64,000 nt of DNA, from assembly GCF_000143415.4 (NCBI RefSeq), contig NW_003314397.1, positions 62,001 to 126,000 of the forward strand, in the 5' to 3' direction. Numbering within the stretch: position 1 is the first letter of the stretch; each line of letters begins with the position of its first letter. Under the pieces are notes generated by a model. The model ran no database searches. It saw only the letters and a program-made list of their open reading frames with translations, and was not told the origin of the DNA. Below are positions 25,027 through 37,675 of the stretch, piece after piece. The DNA is from Selaginella moellendorffii. Lineage: Eukaryota > Plantae > Lycopodiophyta. The position numbers and the translations under genes are program-made.

Positions 25027-25242
25027 CACCTTTGATTGTCCCTGGGGAGTGCTTGGATTTGGGATTTCGGTTTAGATCTAGCTTTTGCATTGTCTAGATC
25101 TAGCTTTTTCCATTTCCTTTCTTTTGGTCTTTCCTTTCAGGATTTTGGTTTAGATCTAGCTTTTTGCATTGTCTAGATCTACCATTTCTTTCCAGTTTTT
25201 TGTCATTTCTCTGCTTTTGCTCTTTCTTTTTCATTCATCTTC

Positions 25243-26175
25243 ATGGCCGATCCGCAATCTCCTCCTTTGACTCTAGAGCAGCAGTTGGTTCAATTGCTTG
25301 ATGCTATGCGCTTGCAATTGAACAACCAAACTCAGTTGATGGCGGCGTTCACGGCACATGGTACAACTCCTCCTGCTCTTGGTGCCAATCCTCGTGTTCG
25401 GCCGGAGTTCTTTCGTGGGAGTCCTGGGGATGATGTGTACCATTGGTTCGATCACTTCACGGTAATTGCCACATATCATTCTTGGGATGATGCTCGACGT
25501 TTGCGTGAGTTCCCCACATGTCTCCAAGGGACGGCATTGCAGTGGTACAATGGATTGAGCGCAGCCACTCGTGGCGATTGGAGTGTTCTTCCGGACGTCT
25601 TCAAATGCACCTTCGGACACGCCGATGATTGTGATGATGCCTTCCAACAATTGCATCGTCTTTGCCAAGGGCCATCTGAGTCAGTGATGCAATTTGGCGT
25701 TCGTTTTCGAAGTCTTTTGCTTCGTGCGGAGCCAAATATGTCGGAGCGGATCAAGCTAGGAATGTTGTGGCCAGCACTTCGTCAAGATCTTGTCGGACTT
25801 GTGCATGCACTTGCTCCTGCCACTCTTGACGATGCTCTTCGCTTGGCACAACGTTATGAGATGTCGCCTCTTCCACTTCTTGCTACACGTCCTTCAGCCC
25901 CACTTCCTATGAGTGATGGTCATGTTCCCATGGAAGTTGATGCTGCTGCTGCTCGAGTCCAAGGACAAGGGTGAGGACGTGGTCGTGGCTGTGATGTTCG
26001 TTGCTGGGCGTGTGATGAAGTTGGTCATATTTATCGGCGTTGTCGGCGCTTTCCAGATTGGCGACCTCCATTTCCTGGGTGGAGACCTTGGCGTCAGCAA
26101 CGTCCCGTTGGTGTTGCTGCGGTGGAAGGTTTGGATACTGAGATGCATTCGGGAAACGAGGAGTCGCACGAGTAA
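25243..26175 (+). pseudogene. gag: gag of element A (premature TGA at 25972-25974)
   Basis: Retrotransposon gag motifs (LQGTALQWY, LCQGPSESV, PMEVD); zinc knuckle CWACDEVGHIYRRC after the stop. Confidence 0.9.
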
Positions 26176-27924
26176 TGGAGGGACCTTGCGCGAATAAGTT
26201 AGTGACCCCTCCATCTTTCTTTCGGGAGTATCATCAAGGGGTTCACTCGGCACCGGTTCATCCAGTGTTTACTTTCCAAGCTCATTTTTATAACAAGAGG
26301 TCTCCTATTCTTCTCTCTGTGTTGGTTGATACAGGTTCGAGTTTATCTTCTATTGCTCGACCTGTTGCCACACGTTGTCGTCTACACTTGCATCGTGCGG
26401 CGGATCCAGTTTTCATTCTTTATGGCAACGGTCGTACACATGCATGTGCACGAGATGAGGCGGACCTGGTTGTGCGTGTGGGCGATCTCGAGCTTGAGTT
26501 GCAGTCGTTGCGGGTGGTGCTGAGTCAAGCTTTTGACCTCATTCTTGGTATGGATTGGTTGCAGCACAATCATGCCAAATGTGACTTTGAGGCTTCTCCC
26601 CTTTGTCTCATACTTCCTTATGTTTCATCCATTCCTCTTACTTCCGTACCTTTTCATCCCTCTACTTCTACCTCTGCTTCCATTACTTTTGTTCCCCCAC
26701 TGTTTCCTCTTGTGTTTCCATCTTGTTCTGCTCTTCCCTTTCCCGATCCCTCCGATGATCTTTGTGTTGCAGCGGTTGACCGGCTCATGAAGGAGTATTC
26801 TGATCTCTTTGAATTTGACCTATCGTCTGGGGCCAAGATTGCCACACGTCATCCCATTCCAACCGGGGATGCTCGTCCAATCAAGGTTCCTGTTCGTCGT
26901 CGGTCACCCAAGGAGATCAAGATTTTACGTGCAAACGTCAAGGAGATGTTGGAGAAGGGTGTTATTCGGAAGTCGCAGAGTCCTTGGGCATGTGAACCTC
27001 ATCTTGTGATGAAGCCTGATGGTAGTATTCGTTTCTGCATCGACTATCGTCCGTTAAATGAAGTGACGATCCTAGACGTGTACCCTCTTCCTCACACTGC
27101 TGATCTCTTGGATCGTCTGGGGCGAAGTCGTTGGTTCACCAAGCTAGATCTTGCTTTTGGGTATTGGCAAGTACCGATGGCTGAAGAAAATATTCCTAAG
27201 ACTGCTTTTCGTACACCATTTGGTCTGTACGAGTTCTTGGTGATGCCGTTTGGTTTGAACAATGCTTCAGCAACTTTTCAACGGATGATGGACGAGGTTC
27301 TTTGCGATATGTCGAAGGTGACGGCTGACTTCATTGATGATGTTTTGATCCACTTGGAGGGGACGTGGGAGGAGCACGTTCGTGATGTTTGTAAAGTGTT
27401 GGATCGGCTACGCGACGTTGGTTTAAAGCTGAAGCGGTCAAAGTGCGTGTTTGGGTCCAAGGACACAACTTATCTTGGGTACCGTATTTCTCGTAAGGGT
27501 TTGCAAGTTGATCCTGACAAACTTGTAGCCATTCTAAAGTTCCCTACTCCGAAGTGTGTGAATGATGTGCAGCGCTTTTTGGGTAAGGTGCAGTATCTTG
27601 GTCGTTTTGTGGATCATCTTTCCGATCACACTACACCATTGCGAGCGTTGCTGAAGTCATCAACGTCATCTTTCATCTGGTCTCCGGATTGTGAGCGGGC
27701 GTTCGTGAATCTCAAAGAGCTATTGACGACTCCTCCGGTTTTGGCATATCCTGACTACACTCGGCCTTTTATTTTGCGCGTGGATGCTTCTGACATTGGT
27801 CTTGGAGGTGTGTTGATGCAAGAGAGCTCGAGTGTGCCTGGTCAGCGCCATCCCATTGCATACATAAGCCGTACATTACAACCAGCGGAGATGAACTACT
27901 CCACGACGGAGAAGGAGTGTTTAG
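26151..27924 (+). pseudogene. pol: pol of element A, part 1 (protease, RT, start of RNase H); in the -1 frame relative to gag
   Basis: LVDTGSS; RFCIDYR, MPFGL, FIDD; VDAS, NYSTTEKECL; interrupted by solo LTR B. Confidence 0.93.
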
Positions 27925-29032
27925 TGTAAGCGACTAAATTTTCCATTCTACTTTAGTCACTTAACCACACCTCCGACCACTTGGAGGAGCCTCAATCACA
28001 ACCTCCATAAGTCCAATTCAGGACTTGGGACTAGCTAGCCCCGAGAATGGCATCCATGCCACTCAACATTTGCACTTGGTCCAAGTGCTCCACGTGTCCG
28101 ATCCCACGACCGACACTCAAAGGTACCACCGACATAGCAGCCTGTTACGCTAAGGCCATGCCCAATCACCTTTGCCACACTGGTAGTCCAATACCACTTG
28201 CATCACAGTCTTGGCTCTCCAAGACTAGGTAAACCATCCGTGAGTGGTCATCTCAGATCCACTCTTTAGCATCCGTAGGATGCCCACCGACAAGGGGAAT
28301 AGCCTTCCCCAATATCCCTCTGTCAGTCCCCACTAAGTCCCTTCCTGCCCCTGGCCGTGTTTGCCAACACTGCCGCTGGATCGAGACCCACAGGCCCGAC
28401 CACTAAGTCCCACGGTCCTCTGGGACTTCCTCACCACACGACTGTGTCCTTGGTCACTACCCCAGAGGACTGCTCCTCTTCCTTTCCACAGTCTGGGCCT
28501 TTGGGACAACATTTCGGAACACCGTGGCCTTACGCGAGCCACCTGGGTACTCTCCTCGCCTTCTGTCCTTGGGTGCTCTAGCCATGGGCTTAGAGCGGGT
28601 TCCATTGAGCCACACCAGGTATCCAAGTAGGTAGTGCCACCCACACTTGGACTGGGAGCATCGGCCACTCGATCTCCCGGGGGAACTAGAGCCAGCTCTT
28701 GAACACTTCACCAAGCTACCCCGCTTGTCAGTCTGTGTTCACTCTAGTCTTGGACTTCCCAGTGGGCAGCTCATCACCCAACACTGGGTCTGGCCTTCCT
28801 GGGCCAAACTGGCCTTTCCTGGCCAAACTGGCTCCACTGCAGTCCTCCCCCTACTATACTTTTGGAGCTCACCAAACCCCCCAGGGTCTGGGAGACGAAC
28901 GCTTTGGGCTTTCACCCTCTCAGGCTCTGGACTCGGACTCGGACTCGGACTCGGACTCGGACTCGGATTCGGACTCGGACTCGGGCTCGGGCTCGGTCTC
29001 GGCCTCGGCCTTGGTCTCGGTCTCGGTCCCGA

Positions 29033-29064
<32 letters not shown>

Positions 29065-29832
29065 CTGGTCTCGGTCTCGACTTCGGACTCCATCTCGGAC
29101 TCCATCTCGGACTCCATCTTGGGTCCATCTCGGACTCCATCTCGGACTCCATCTCGGGTCCATCTCGGACTTCATCTCGGACTCCATTTCGGGTCCATCT
29201 CGGGTCCACCTCGGACTCCATCTCGGACTCCATCTCGGACTCCATCTCGGGTCCATCTCGGACTCCACTTCGGGCTCCAACTCGGGTCCATCTCGGGTCC
29301 ACCTCGGACTCCACTTCGGACTCCATCTCGGACTCCATCTCGGGTCCATCTCGGACTCCACTTCGGACTCCAACTCGGGTTCATCTCGGACTCCACTTCG
29401 GACTCCAACTCGGGTCCATCTCGGACTCCACTTCGGACTCCAACTCGGGTCCATCTCGGACTCCACTTCGGACTCCAACTCGGGTCCATCTCGGACTCCA
29501 CTTCGGACTCCAACTCAGGTCCATCTCGGACTCCACTTCGGACTCCAACTCGGGTCCATCTCGGACTCCACTTCGGACTCCAACTCGAGTCCATCTCGGA
29601 CACTCCCACGTGTCATGTGCTGGTCCTTTTGGGTCCCTTTTTGGAGCCTCGCCTTTTGCTCGCTTCGTGCTCATTCCTCGAGCACTTCGTTGGGAGTTCC
29701 ACTCCCGCTCTTGACTTTTCAAGTCGGAGCTTTTGGTCCAAACGTGTTACGCTCGTTTGGCTCTCGCTTCGGCCACTACCATGTGGCGCCCTTCCGGCTC
29801 CACTTTGGGGCCTAGGGATTTTGTGTCTCACA
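27925..29832 (-). mobile_element. Solo LTR B (1908 bp) inserted in the RNase H of element A
   Basis: TG..CA ends; 5-bp TSD TTTAG; removing it restores KECL-AAVWGFEKL; terminus and internal blocks resemble the reverse complement of the element C LTR. Confidence 0.9.
28928..29600. repeat. Tandem array inside solo LTR B: (GGACTC)n/(GGTCTC)n grading into 35-bp units CCATCTCGGACTCCACTTCGGACTCCAACTCGGGT
   Basis: Directly visible. Confidence 0.95.
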
Positions 29833-29837
29833 TTTAG

Positions 29838-31354
29838 CAGCAGTCTGGGGTTTTGAGAAACTTCGTGCATATCTACATGGTTCTTGGACGTTACTTGAAG
29901 GTGACCATGCTGCTGTTACTTCATTACTGAAGCGGAAGAACCTGGTTGGTCGTACGGCTCAATGGGCTTTGAAGCTTCAGATATATGATTTCGATGTTGT
30001 TCATCGCCCAGAGAGTTCTATGGCTGATGCTAATGCCCTTTCTCGAGCTCCTCTTCCTTCTCCACTCACTTCTCATGTTTCTGACGAACCTGCTATTCCA
30101 GCATCTGTGGATTTTCTAGATGAGGATTCTATGCTGTCGGCGGTTGCTGTCCTTGACGTTCAGTGTCCACAGGGTGCAGAGCAAGATCTACCTTCTCTTG
30201 CTGAGGTTTGCGAGGCTCAAAAGATTGAGCCGTGGATTCGAAGGCTTCGAGATGGGTTTGAGAATCCTGCATCACTTGCTGATGACTTGCCTTTCCGGCA
30301 TTTACATTCTCAATATCGCCTTGAAGATGGCCTTCTTTATTTTGTGGGGACGGATCCTGATGGTCATTTACGGCTGGTGGTGCCTTCGGTGTTTATTCCG
30401 CAGTTTCTCCATGCCTACCATGATTCTCATGTTCTAGGTGGTCATATGGGACATCGTCGTGTCACCGAGAAGCTGCGCAGATCTTTCTATTAGCCAAAGA
30501 TGCGATGTGATATTATCCGGTATGTGCGTAGCTGCGTTTGGTGCCAAGCTCGTAATACTCCCCCTTGTGCTGCAGAAGGACGGTTGGAGTCAATTGCAGT
30601 TTCTCGTCCGTTTGAGTTGGTGGCGTTTGATCTTATAGGACCTTTTCCACGATCGACTGCTGGCAATGAGTATGTTATTATTGCTTCTGACTACTTGACT
30701 CGTTGGGTGGAAGTTGGTGCTCTTGCTAGTGCCTCTGCAACTACTGTTGGATACTTCCTCCTCAATCGAGTGGTGTTCCAGCATTCTTGTCCAGAGCGGA
30801 TTCTTTCGGATAATGGTCCTGCATTTATGGCTGAGGTATTTCATGTTTTAACATCTCGGTTGGGGATACGCCACACTTTTACGAGTGCTTATTATCCACA
30901 ATCAGACGGTCTGGTGGAACGGCTCGTTCGGACATTCAAAGGGATGATTGCGAAGTATGTAAACTTTTAGCATTCGGATTGGGATGGTTATTTGCCGTCT
31001 CTTCGGTATGCCTATGTCACAGGGGTGCAGAGTTCTGTTGGTGCTTCACCGTATAAACTTCTATATGGTCATGATCTAATATTACCAACAGAGTTGGGTT
31101 TACCTTCGCGATTGCCACGAGCTCCCAATGCTAGGTCATGGGATCAATATTTGACAAGCATTCTTCCACTTGTCCGAGCAGAATCTGCTGAACACTTAGG
31201 CCGCATACAAGTGGGACAACAACGGCGCTACAATTCCCATCATCGTCCACCTGCAGAGTACAAAGTGGATGATTTGGTGTTAGTCCGTTTTCCCAATCTT
31301 ACGGTACGTGGTTTATCTAAGGGGCTCCTTGCGCAGTGGAAAGGACCGTATCGG
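29838..31354 (+). pseudogene. pol: pol of element A, part 2 (end of RNase H, integrase) with nonsense codons; last part resumes at 38801
   Basis: ADANALSR, HHCC zinc motif, AFDLIGP, ILSDNG, YYPQSDGLVER, WKGPYR; stops at 30493 and 30970. Confidence 0.92.
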
Positions 31355-32440
31355 TGTAAGGAACCAACTCGCCGAGGTGTCGTAGGCTAAAGGAACCCCG
31401 AAAGCATGACCAAAATGACAAAGAGTTCATCGGATGGGACCAAGTCGAAGATCGAGTCCAAGACCGACTCTAGGACCGAGTTCGAGATAGAGTCCGGAAT
31501 CGAGTCCGAGACCGACTCGGGGACCGAGTTCGAGTCCGAGTTCGAGACCGAGTTCGAGACGGAGTCCGAGATCCGAGATCGAGTCCGAGACCGAATCCGA
31601 AGTCGGATCCGAAATCGGGTCCGAGATCGAGCCAGAGACTAAGTCCAAATACTAATACGGGTCAAGGGGTGAAAGCCCAAAGCGTGCATCTCCCAGGGGG
31701 GGGGGGGGGGGGGGGGCTGCAGGGGGTTCCAAAAGTATAGTAGGGATAGTGAGGTCCAGGAACCAGTTTAGAAGGGACTCTCCAGTGGGGCTCCCAAACT
31801 GACTTGAGGTTGGGACTGGGATCGAGGGGCCTTGGGTGGGAGTGAGCATGGACTTGGTTGGTGCCGGAGGGGCCATCCAAGGAAGTGCTCAAGAGCAGCT
31901 CCCACTCTCGAAAGGGAAACCGATTGCGGTGCTCCCGGCTCATGTGGAGTGGTGCCCCACTTGAGTACCATGCGGCTCATTGGTCCTCGCCCTTCCTAGG
32001 GGCTTGGGCCTTCCTTCGGGATGGAAGTGGGGGGTGAGAGGTACCCATACCGGGCCGCTAGGCCACGGTGTTTCGCCCCGGCATCCCGAAGCAAGTGTTG
32101 CACTCAAGATTTGGGATTTAGAGGGTCCCATGATCAAGTCTTGTGGTACCAAAGGATGTTAGGAACCTGGAAGCTTGGTGTGCTTGGCTGCTTATGCTTG
32201 CGGGGAGTGTAGCCGAACCTTAAGTCCAGTCTAACCCAGGGAGGGGGATTGGGAGTGATTTGGGAATCCGTGGATGGATGGCTAACACTCCGTTGCTCGT
32301 GCAGTGAGTAGCTAAGACCAAGTAGGAGCTGGTACCATAGGCGAGAACCTTGGCAAGGGAACTTAGCAAAAGCCAAGGCGGTGTTGGACAGATAGGCGAG
32401 GTAAGCTGGCAAATTGGAAAGGAAAAATTTGTGGCTTACA
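31355..32440 (+). repeat. 5' LTR of element C (1086 bp; internal GAGTCC-type repeats, G21 tract)
   Basis: Matches 37676-38795 with about 19 substitutions, nearly all transitions, plus repeat-length indels. Confidence 0.95.
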
Positions 32441-32443
32441 ATT

Positions 32444-32456
32444 TGGTATCGGAGCC
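32444..32456 (+). promoter_or_regulatory. Primer-binding site of element C (tRNA-iMet)
   Basis: TGGTATCGGAGCC, one mismatch from the canonical TGGTATCAGAGC. Confidence 0.88.
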
Positions 32457-32499
32457 TTTATCTCAGTTCTAGCGAAGGATAGAGGCGGATTGCTGGGAG

Positions 32500-35400
32500 A
32501 TGGCAAGGGCAGGGCGTAAGCGAACTCAGGCGGAGACGGAACCTCCGCCGGAGCTGGAGCCTCCGGTCGAACAAGAAGCTATGGATGAGGAATCCTTGCA
32601 TGAGGAGGACTCTAGTGAGGAAACTTCCAAACAGGAGTCCGGTGGCGAGGTTCGGTCGTCCAAGGCTCGATTGGACGTGCTAGAAGGATAGTTGGCACAG
32701 ACCAATGCCCTGCTGGAAACTCTCGTACGCAAGCTAAAGCGTGACGAGAGGCGGAAGAAAAAGAAAAAGACTGCGGATGCTGGCAGTGCAGAAGGTGCGG
32801 ATCTTTCGGCCGGGACTGAGGCAAAACTAGACAAGGTCGAACAGACCGAAGTAGAATCAGTCCCTCAGGTAGTTCCCAAGTACAAACCAAAGCCCCCACT
32901 GGTCTTCAAGGGAGTGAACGACTATAAAGTGGTGGAGGATTGATTTTACGATATGGAGGACTACTTCCGAGCGTTGCGATTACCGAGCTCGGAGAAGGTC
33001 CCATGTGCAAAACCATACTTGGCAGATAATGCCAAGTCTTGGTGGAGAACGACGGAGGCCAACGAAGGACCAGTGGCCACTTGGGACATGATGAAGGCGA
33101 GGATCTGCGCAACATACGTTCCTCCGAATGCCACTCTGCATCTGAGAGATGAGCTGAGTAGGCTGAAGCAGACTAGAACCATCCAGGAATATGTGAATGG
33201 GTTCATGGCAAAGAGGATACTTGTCACGGACATGGGGGATATGGATGCGTTCCATGCCTTCATATCAGGTTTGCAAACCTGGGCTCGTGGTGAGGTGATG
33301 CGGTGGAACCCGACCAACTACAAGGAAGCGTTGGATGCGGCCATCAAGGTGCATTTCAACGATAACCTGCGAAAGGGGAACACGACGGGGTCGGGATCCA
33401 TATTTAGCAAAGGGGCCAAACCAAGGGGAACGTATAGCAAGGGGAAATTCAAAAAGAGTTTCTCTAAGAATGAGTCCTCGGGGTTCCGGAAAGGCAAATC
33501 CGGTGGCCAGCGAGCGAGTACGTGGGGGAGTCAAGCGAAAAAAGACAAACCCACGGATAAGAAGGTCAAGTCGTATAGCAGCGTGGGAAACAACGTATGC
33601 TACAACTGCAGCGAAGTGGGACACTTCTCGAGGGAATGTCCCTACCTGAAGAAGGCCAGAGCCAATATGGCCATCAAGTCGGGTGAAGTCCAAATTGAGG
33701 TATGTGATCCAGTCCCTAACTCAAAGTTACTCATTACACGAGCAACTTTGGTAGAGAGTCGTTCGCGACATCTACTAGCCCTCTAAGGGAAGCTCGGAGG
33801 TAGCTTTGTTAAGATCCTTATTGACATGGATGCTTCGGATAATTTTGTGGCTGCAGACATAGTCCGGCAAGCCGGACTAACGGTGCAGCGGCTAGGCAAA
33901 CTAAGGACTATAGAGTTTGTTCAAGGTAGCCAAAGCACCGATGAGGTACTTTGACAAGCGAGAGTTGAAGTGGGGACATGGAAAGTGGACATGGATTTCA
34001 CCGTCTTGAACATGGCAAGATTTGACGTGATCTTCGGAATGGATTGGTTTAATCGGTTCGTGGTAGCCTTGCATGGACAAGGTAGGAACCTTGTGGTATT
34101 GGCGAATGCCCAAGGAAGAAGATCTAGGGTGGAGGCCCAAGATCTAAAGGTAGGGCAAAGCAAGGCCAAAGAGTCATGCTTAAACCTGGTGTCCATGAGA
34201 GGACAACTCACTAAAGGAACTAAGGCAGCCTTTTTGTGCTTACTCTCAGTGAAGAGTGACAAAAAGACAAGAACGTAAGAAGTACCTTTAGTGATCCAGC
34301 AGGTGCTGGACCAATTCCAGGATACCATGCCGGAGGAGCTACCGGCGGGGTTGCCCCCCGCACGACCGATAGAACATAAAATTGAGCTGGTCGAGGGTGC
34401 TGAGGCGGTGGTTCGTCCACCCTATCGATTGAACGAAAAAGAACTCGCGGAGCTCAATAGCCAACTAGAGGAGTTGGTGGACAAAGGGTATGTTAGGTTG
34501 AGCAAGTCGCCGTATGGGGCGCCAGTGCTATTTGTGAAAAAGAAAGATGGATCTATGCGCATGTGCATAGACTACTGGTTGCTCAACAAGTATACCATGA
34601 AGAACAAATACCCTTTGCCAAGGATCGAGGACCTGTTCGATAGGTTGGGAAAGGCAAAATACTTCTCGAGGATTGACCTAAGGTCAGGATACTACCAGAT
34701 CAGGGTAGCTGAGGAAGATGTCGAGAAGACAACCTGTCGAACGAGGTATGGGAGCTTTGAGTTTTTGGTGATGCCCTTTGGGCTGTGCAATGCGCCGGCA
34801 ACGTTTTCGGCGTTGATGAACCACATCTTTGTACCCTATCTGGATCACTTCGTGGTCGTCTATATCGACGATATCCTGATCTATAGCGAGACGCTAGAGG
34901 AGCATGCCGAACACTTGGCGAAGGTGTTTGAGAAACTAAGGGAACACAAACTGTATGCTAAAGAGAGCAAATGTGACTTTGCTTAACAAAAGGTAAAGTT
35001 TCTCGGGCATGTGGTAGGCCAGGACAGGCTCAAGGTGGACCCGGAGAAGGTCCAAGCGATCCAGGAATGGGAGCGACCTTCGAATGTACATGAGTTGAGG
35101 GCGTTCTTGGGGCTATGCAACTACTATCGAAAGTTTATCAGACACTATTCAAGAGTAGCCCTACCCTTAACGGACCAAACCGGAAAAGGGAAGATGGTAT
35201 GGACAGCGGAAAGCGAGGCGGCATTCGTCCACCTCAAAGGGAAGTTGAGGAAGGCTCCGGTGTTGGCATTACCAGATTTTGGTAAGGACTTTGAGGTAGA
35301 CACGGATGCTTCGGACTTTGCGTTGGGCGCAATTTTGAAGCAAGACAACCATCCAGTAGCGTTCTTCTCGAAGAAGTTGGACAAGGCTCAACGGAAGTGG

Positions 35401-37272
35401 CCTGCCCACGAGAAGGAATTGTTTGCGGTGGTCAAGGCGCTCAAGGAGTGGCGACACTACCTTGGGAGACACTTCAAGGTTTACACGGACAATGTGGCAA
35501 CAAAACACTTCTTGTCACAGCCCGACCTGAGAGGGAAACAAGGTCGGTGGGCCAATGCCTTGGCCGAGTTTGATTGCGAGATTCTGTACAAGCCTGGGAA
35601 GAGCAACATCGTGGCAGATGCGCTAAGCCGAAAAGCGAGCTTGAGGTTGGCGATCTCCAGCGCAACAACAACCTTCTGGGACGATGTGCGGACAGCATAT
35701 GAGAACGATGGTCTAGCACAAGAAGTGTTGTTGCGGAATTTGGAGGCACGGGAAGCTCACCAGAGAGGTGAGCTGCCGACGGAAGAGAAAACAGGTTATG
35801 CGGAACGCAACAGACTCATTTATTACAAGCAAACGAGGGTGTATGTTCCAGAAGGGGAACTAAGGAAGGTAGCCTTAGAAGAGTGTCATGACGGACCTCT
35901 TGCGGGACACGGCGGAGTGCCCAAGACGATGGGCTTACTCAAGAGGAAGTACCATTGGCCAGATATGGCTAAGGACGTCCAAGACCATGTAAAGACATGT
36001 CCAACATGTCAGCAGGTCAAAGCCGTGACTAAGGCTAGTGGGGGCTTGTTGCAAAGCATCCCAATTCCAGATCGTCCATGGAAATGTCTTACGATGGACT
36101 TTATCACGGGACTACCCCCAAGCGAGGGGTTCGATGCGATATTCGTGGTGGTGGATCGATTTTCGAAGATGGCACATTTCATACCCACCACAACGGAAGT
36201 GGATGCGGAAAGTGTGGCGAAGCTGTTCTTCGAACAAGTGGTTCAAGTGCGGGGAAGGCCAGAAGAGATTATCTCAGATCGAGATAAGATCTTCACTAGT
36301 AGGTTCTGGAGGACCCTCCTGGAACAGTATCGCACCAAGTTGAAATTCAGCACAGCCTATCACCCACAGACAGGTATGGGGAATTAAGTCAAGTTTAGTG
36401 GCCCTAACACTTCTTGACAGACGGACAAACGGAAAGGGTGAATAGGCAGCTGGAGGATTATTTGCGATGCTATGTCTTGGGAGACCAGACCGATTGGGTA
36501 AGTCATTTGGGACTTGCGGAAATGTGTTATAACAACTCACCACATTCGAGTATCGGGGTGAGTCCATGGGAAGTCATCAATGGGCGAGCTATTGAAGGTC
36601 CTGTGGAACTCGGCGTGGCCGAGTATCATGGAGAGCTACCCGCAGTGGAGGCATTCACGGCGGAAAGACTCAACATTTGGAATCTAGTGAGGGATTCCTT
36701 GGAACGGGCTCAACAAAGGCAGACCAAGTACGCGAACTTAAAGCGCCGGGATGTAGAGTTCCAAGTTGGGGAGAAGGTGTGGCTGAACACCAAGAACCTC
36801 AGGCTACCAAGTGGGATCAGCCGAAAGTTGACCCAAAGGTAAAAATGCATGTATTCCTGTAAATGAATTGATCTTGAGTTCCTTAAGCAGGTTTGCGGGG
36901 CCTTACGAGATCGAGGCACGAATCGGTAAAGTGGCTTACCGACTCCGACTTCCTCGAGAGATGGGGAAGATGCACCCAGTGTTCCACGTGAACTTACTCA
37001 AGCCGTACTTTGAGGATCTGCTTCGCAAGGACCAAGTAAGACCTTTACCTGAGGTTATCCAAGGGGAAGAGGAATACGAAGTCGAGGCCATCCTCAATGC
37101 GCGCAAGAGCAAGCGACAAGGACGCGAGGTGAGAGAGTTCCATGTGAAGTGGAAAGGATTTCCACACTGCGAAGCAACATGGGAACCGGAGGAGAACCTA
37201 GCGAAAGCGCGAGATCTAGTGGAGGAATTTCTGCAAGGCAGAACTCTATGTACTTATGCAAAGTTCAATTAA
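32500..37272 (+). pseudogene. gag-pol of element C; single frame with nonsense codons and two apparent introns (36374-36420, 36839-36890)
   Basis: CYNCSEVGHFSREC; degenerate protease motif LIDMDAS; YIDD; TDASD; MDFITGL, ISDRD; chromodomain YEVEAILN..FHVKWKGF..EATWEPEENL; stops at 32691, 32943, 33786, 34278 and 34986 look like single transitions. Confidence 0.93.
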
Positions 37273-37675
37273 AAATATCAATTTGCAAAGTTGAGCAAGT
37301 GGCATATGTTGGGACCCGAAGGCGCGCCGAAGGTAAGCTAATTAGCATGGGTTAGCTAGGTCGACCAGGCGTAGGGAGCTACGCCCGACTCCCTGCGGGG
37401 ATGTCGAATCCGTAGACGTATTCTACGGAGGTTGGGTTCGAGTCCCAACCCCCTAGTAAAGCAAGGCTGGGTTCAAGTCCCGACCCTATACTAGGGCGTG
37501 GTGAGGGGAGGAGTATAGGGACACCTATATTCCGTTGTCATGGGCTCTTGGCCGGGGAGGCTAACTTAGGCACACCGCTAAGTGGGGGGATGCCCCTGGA
37601 GACATGGTCAACAAGTCGTAGGATAAAACGAGACATTCAATGTGGGCATTGAACTTCTTCTATGGGTGGTGGAGT

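Noticed and set aside
29340-29600. 35-bp direct repeats as a possible CRISPR array
   Set aside because: Head-to-tail with no unique spacers, inside an LTR in eukaryotic DNA
28647-29856. Several 150-385 aa ORFs on both strands (SDSDSD, GLGLGL, RTPSRT)
   Set aside because: Stop-free translations of the tandem repeats inside solo LTR B
37400-37490. A real tRNA gene
   Set aside because: T-arm-like hairpins are present but I could not build an acceptor stem, D-arm and anticodon arm; reported only as a structured element
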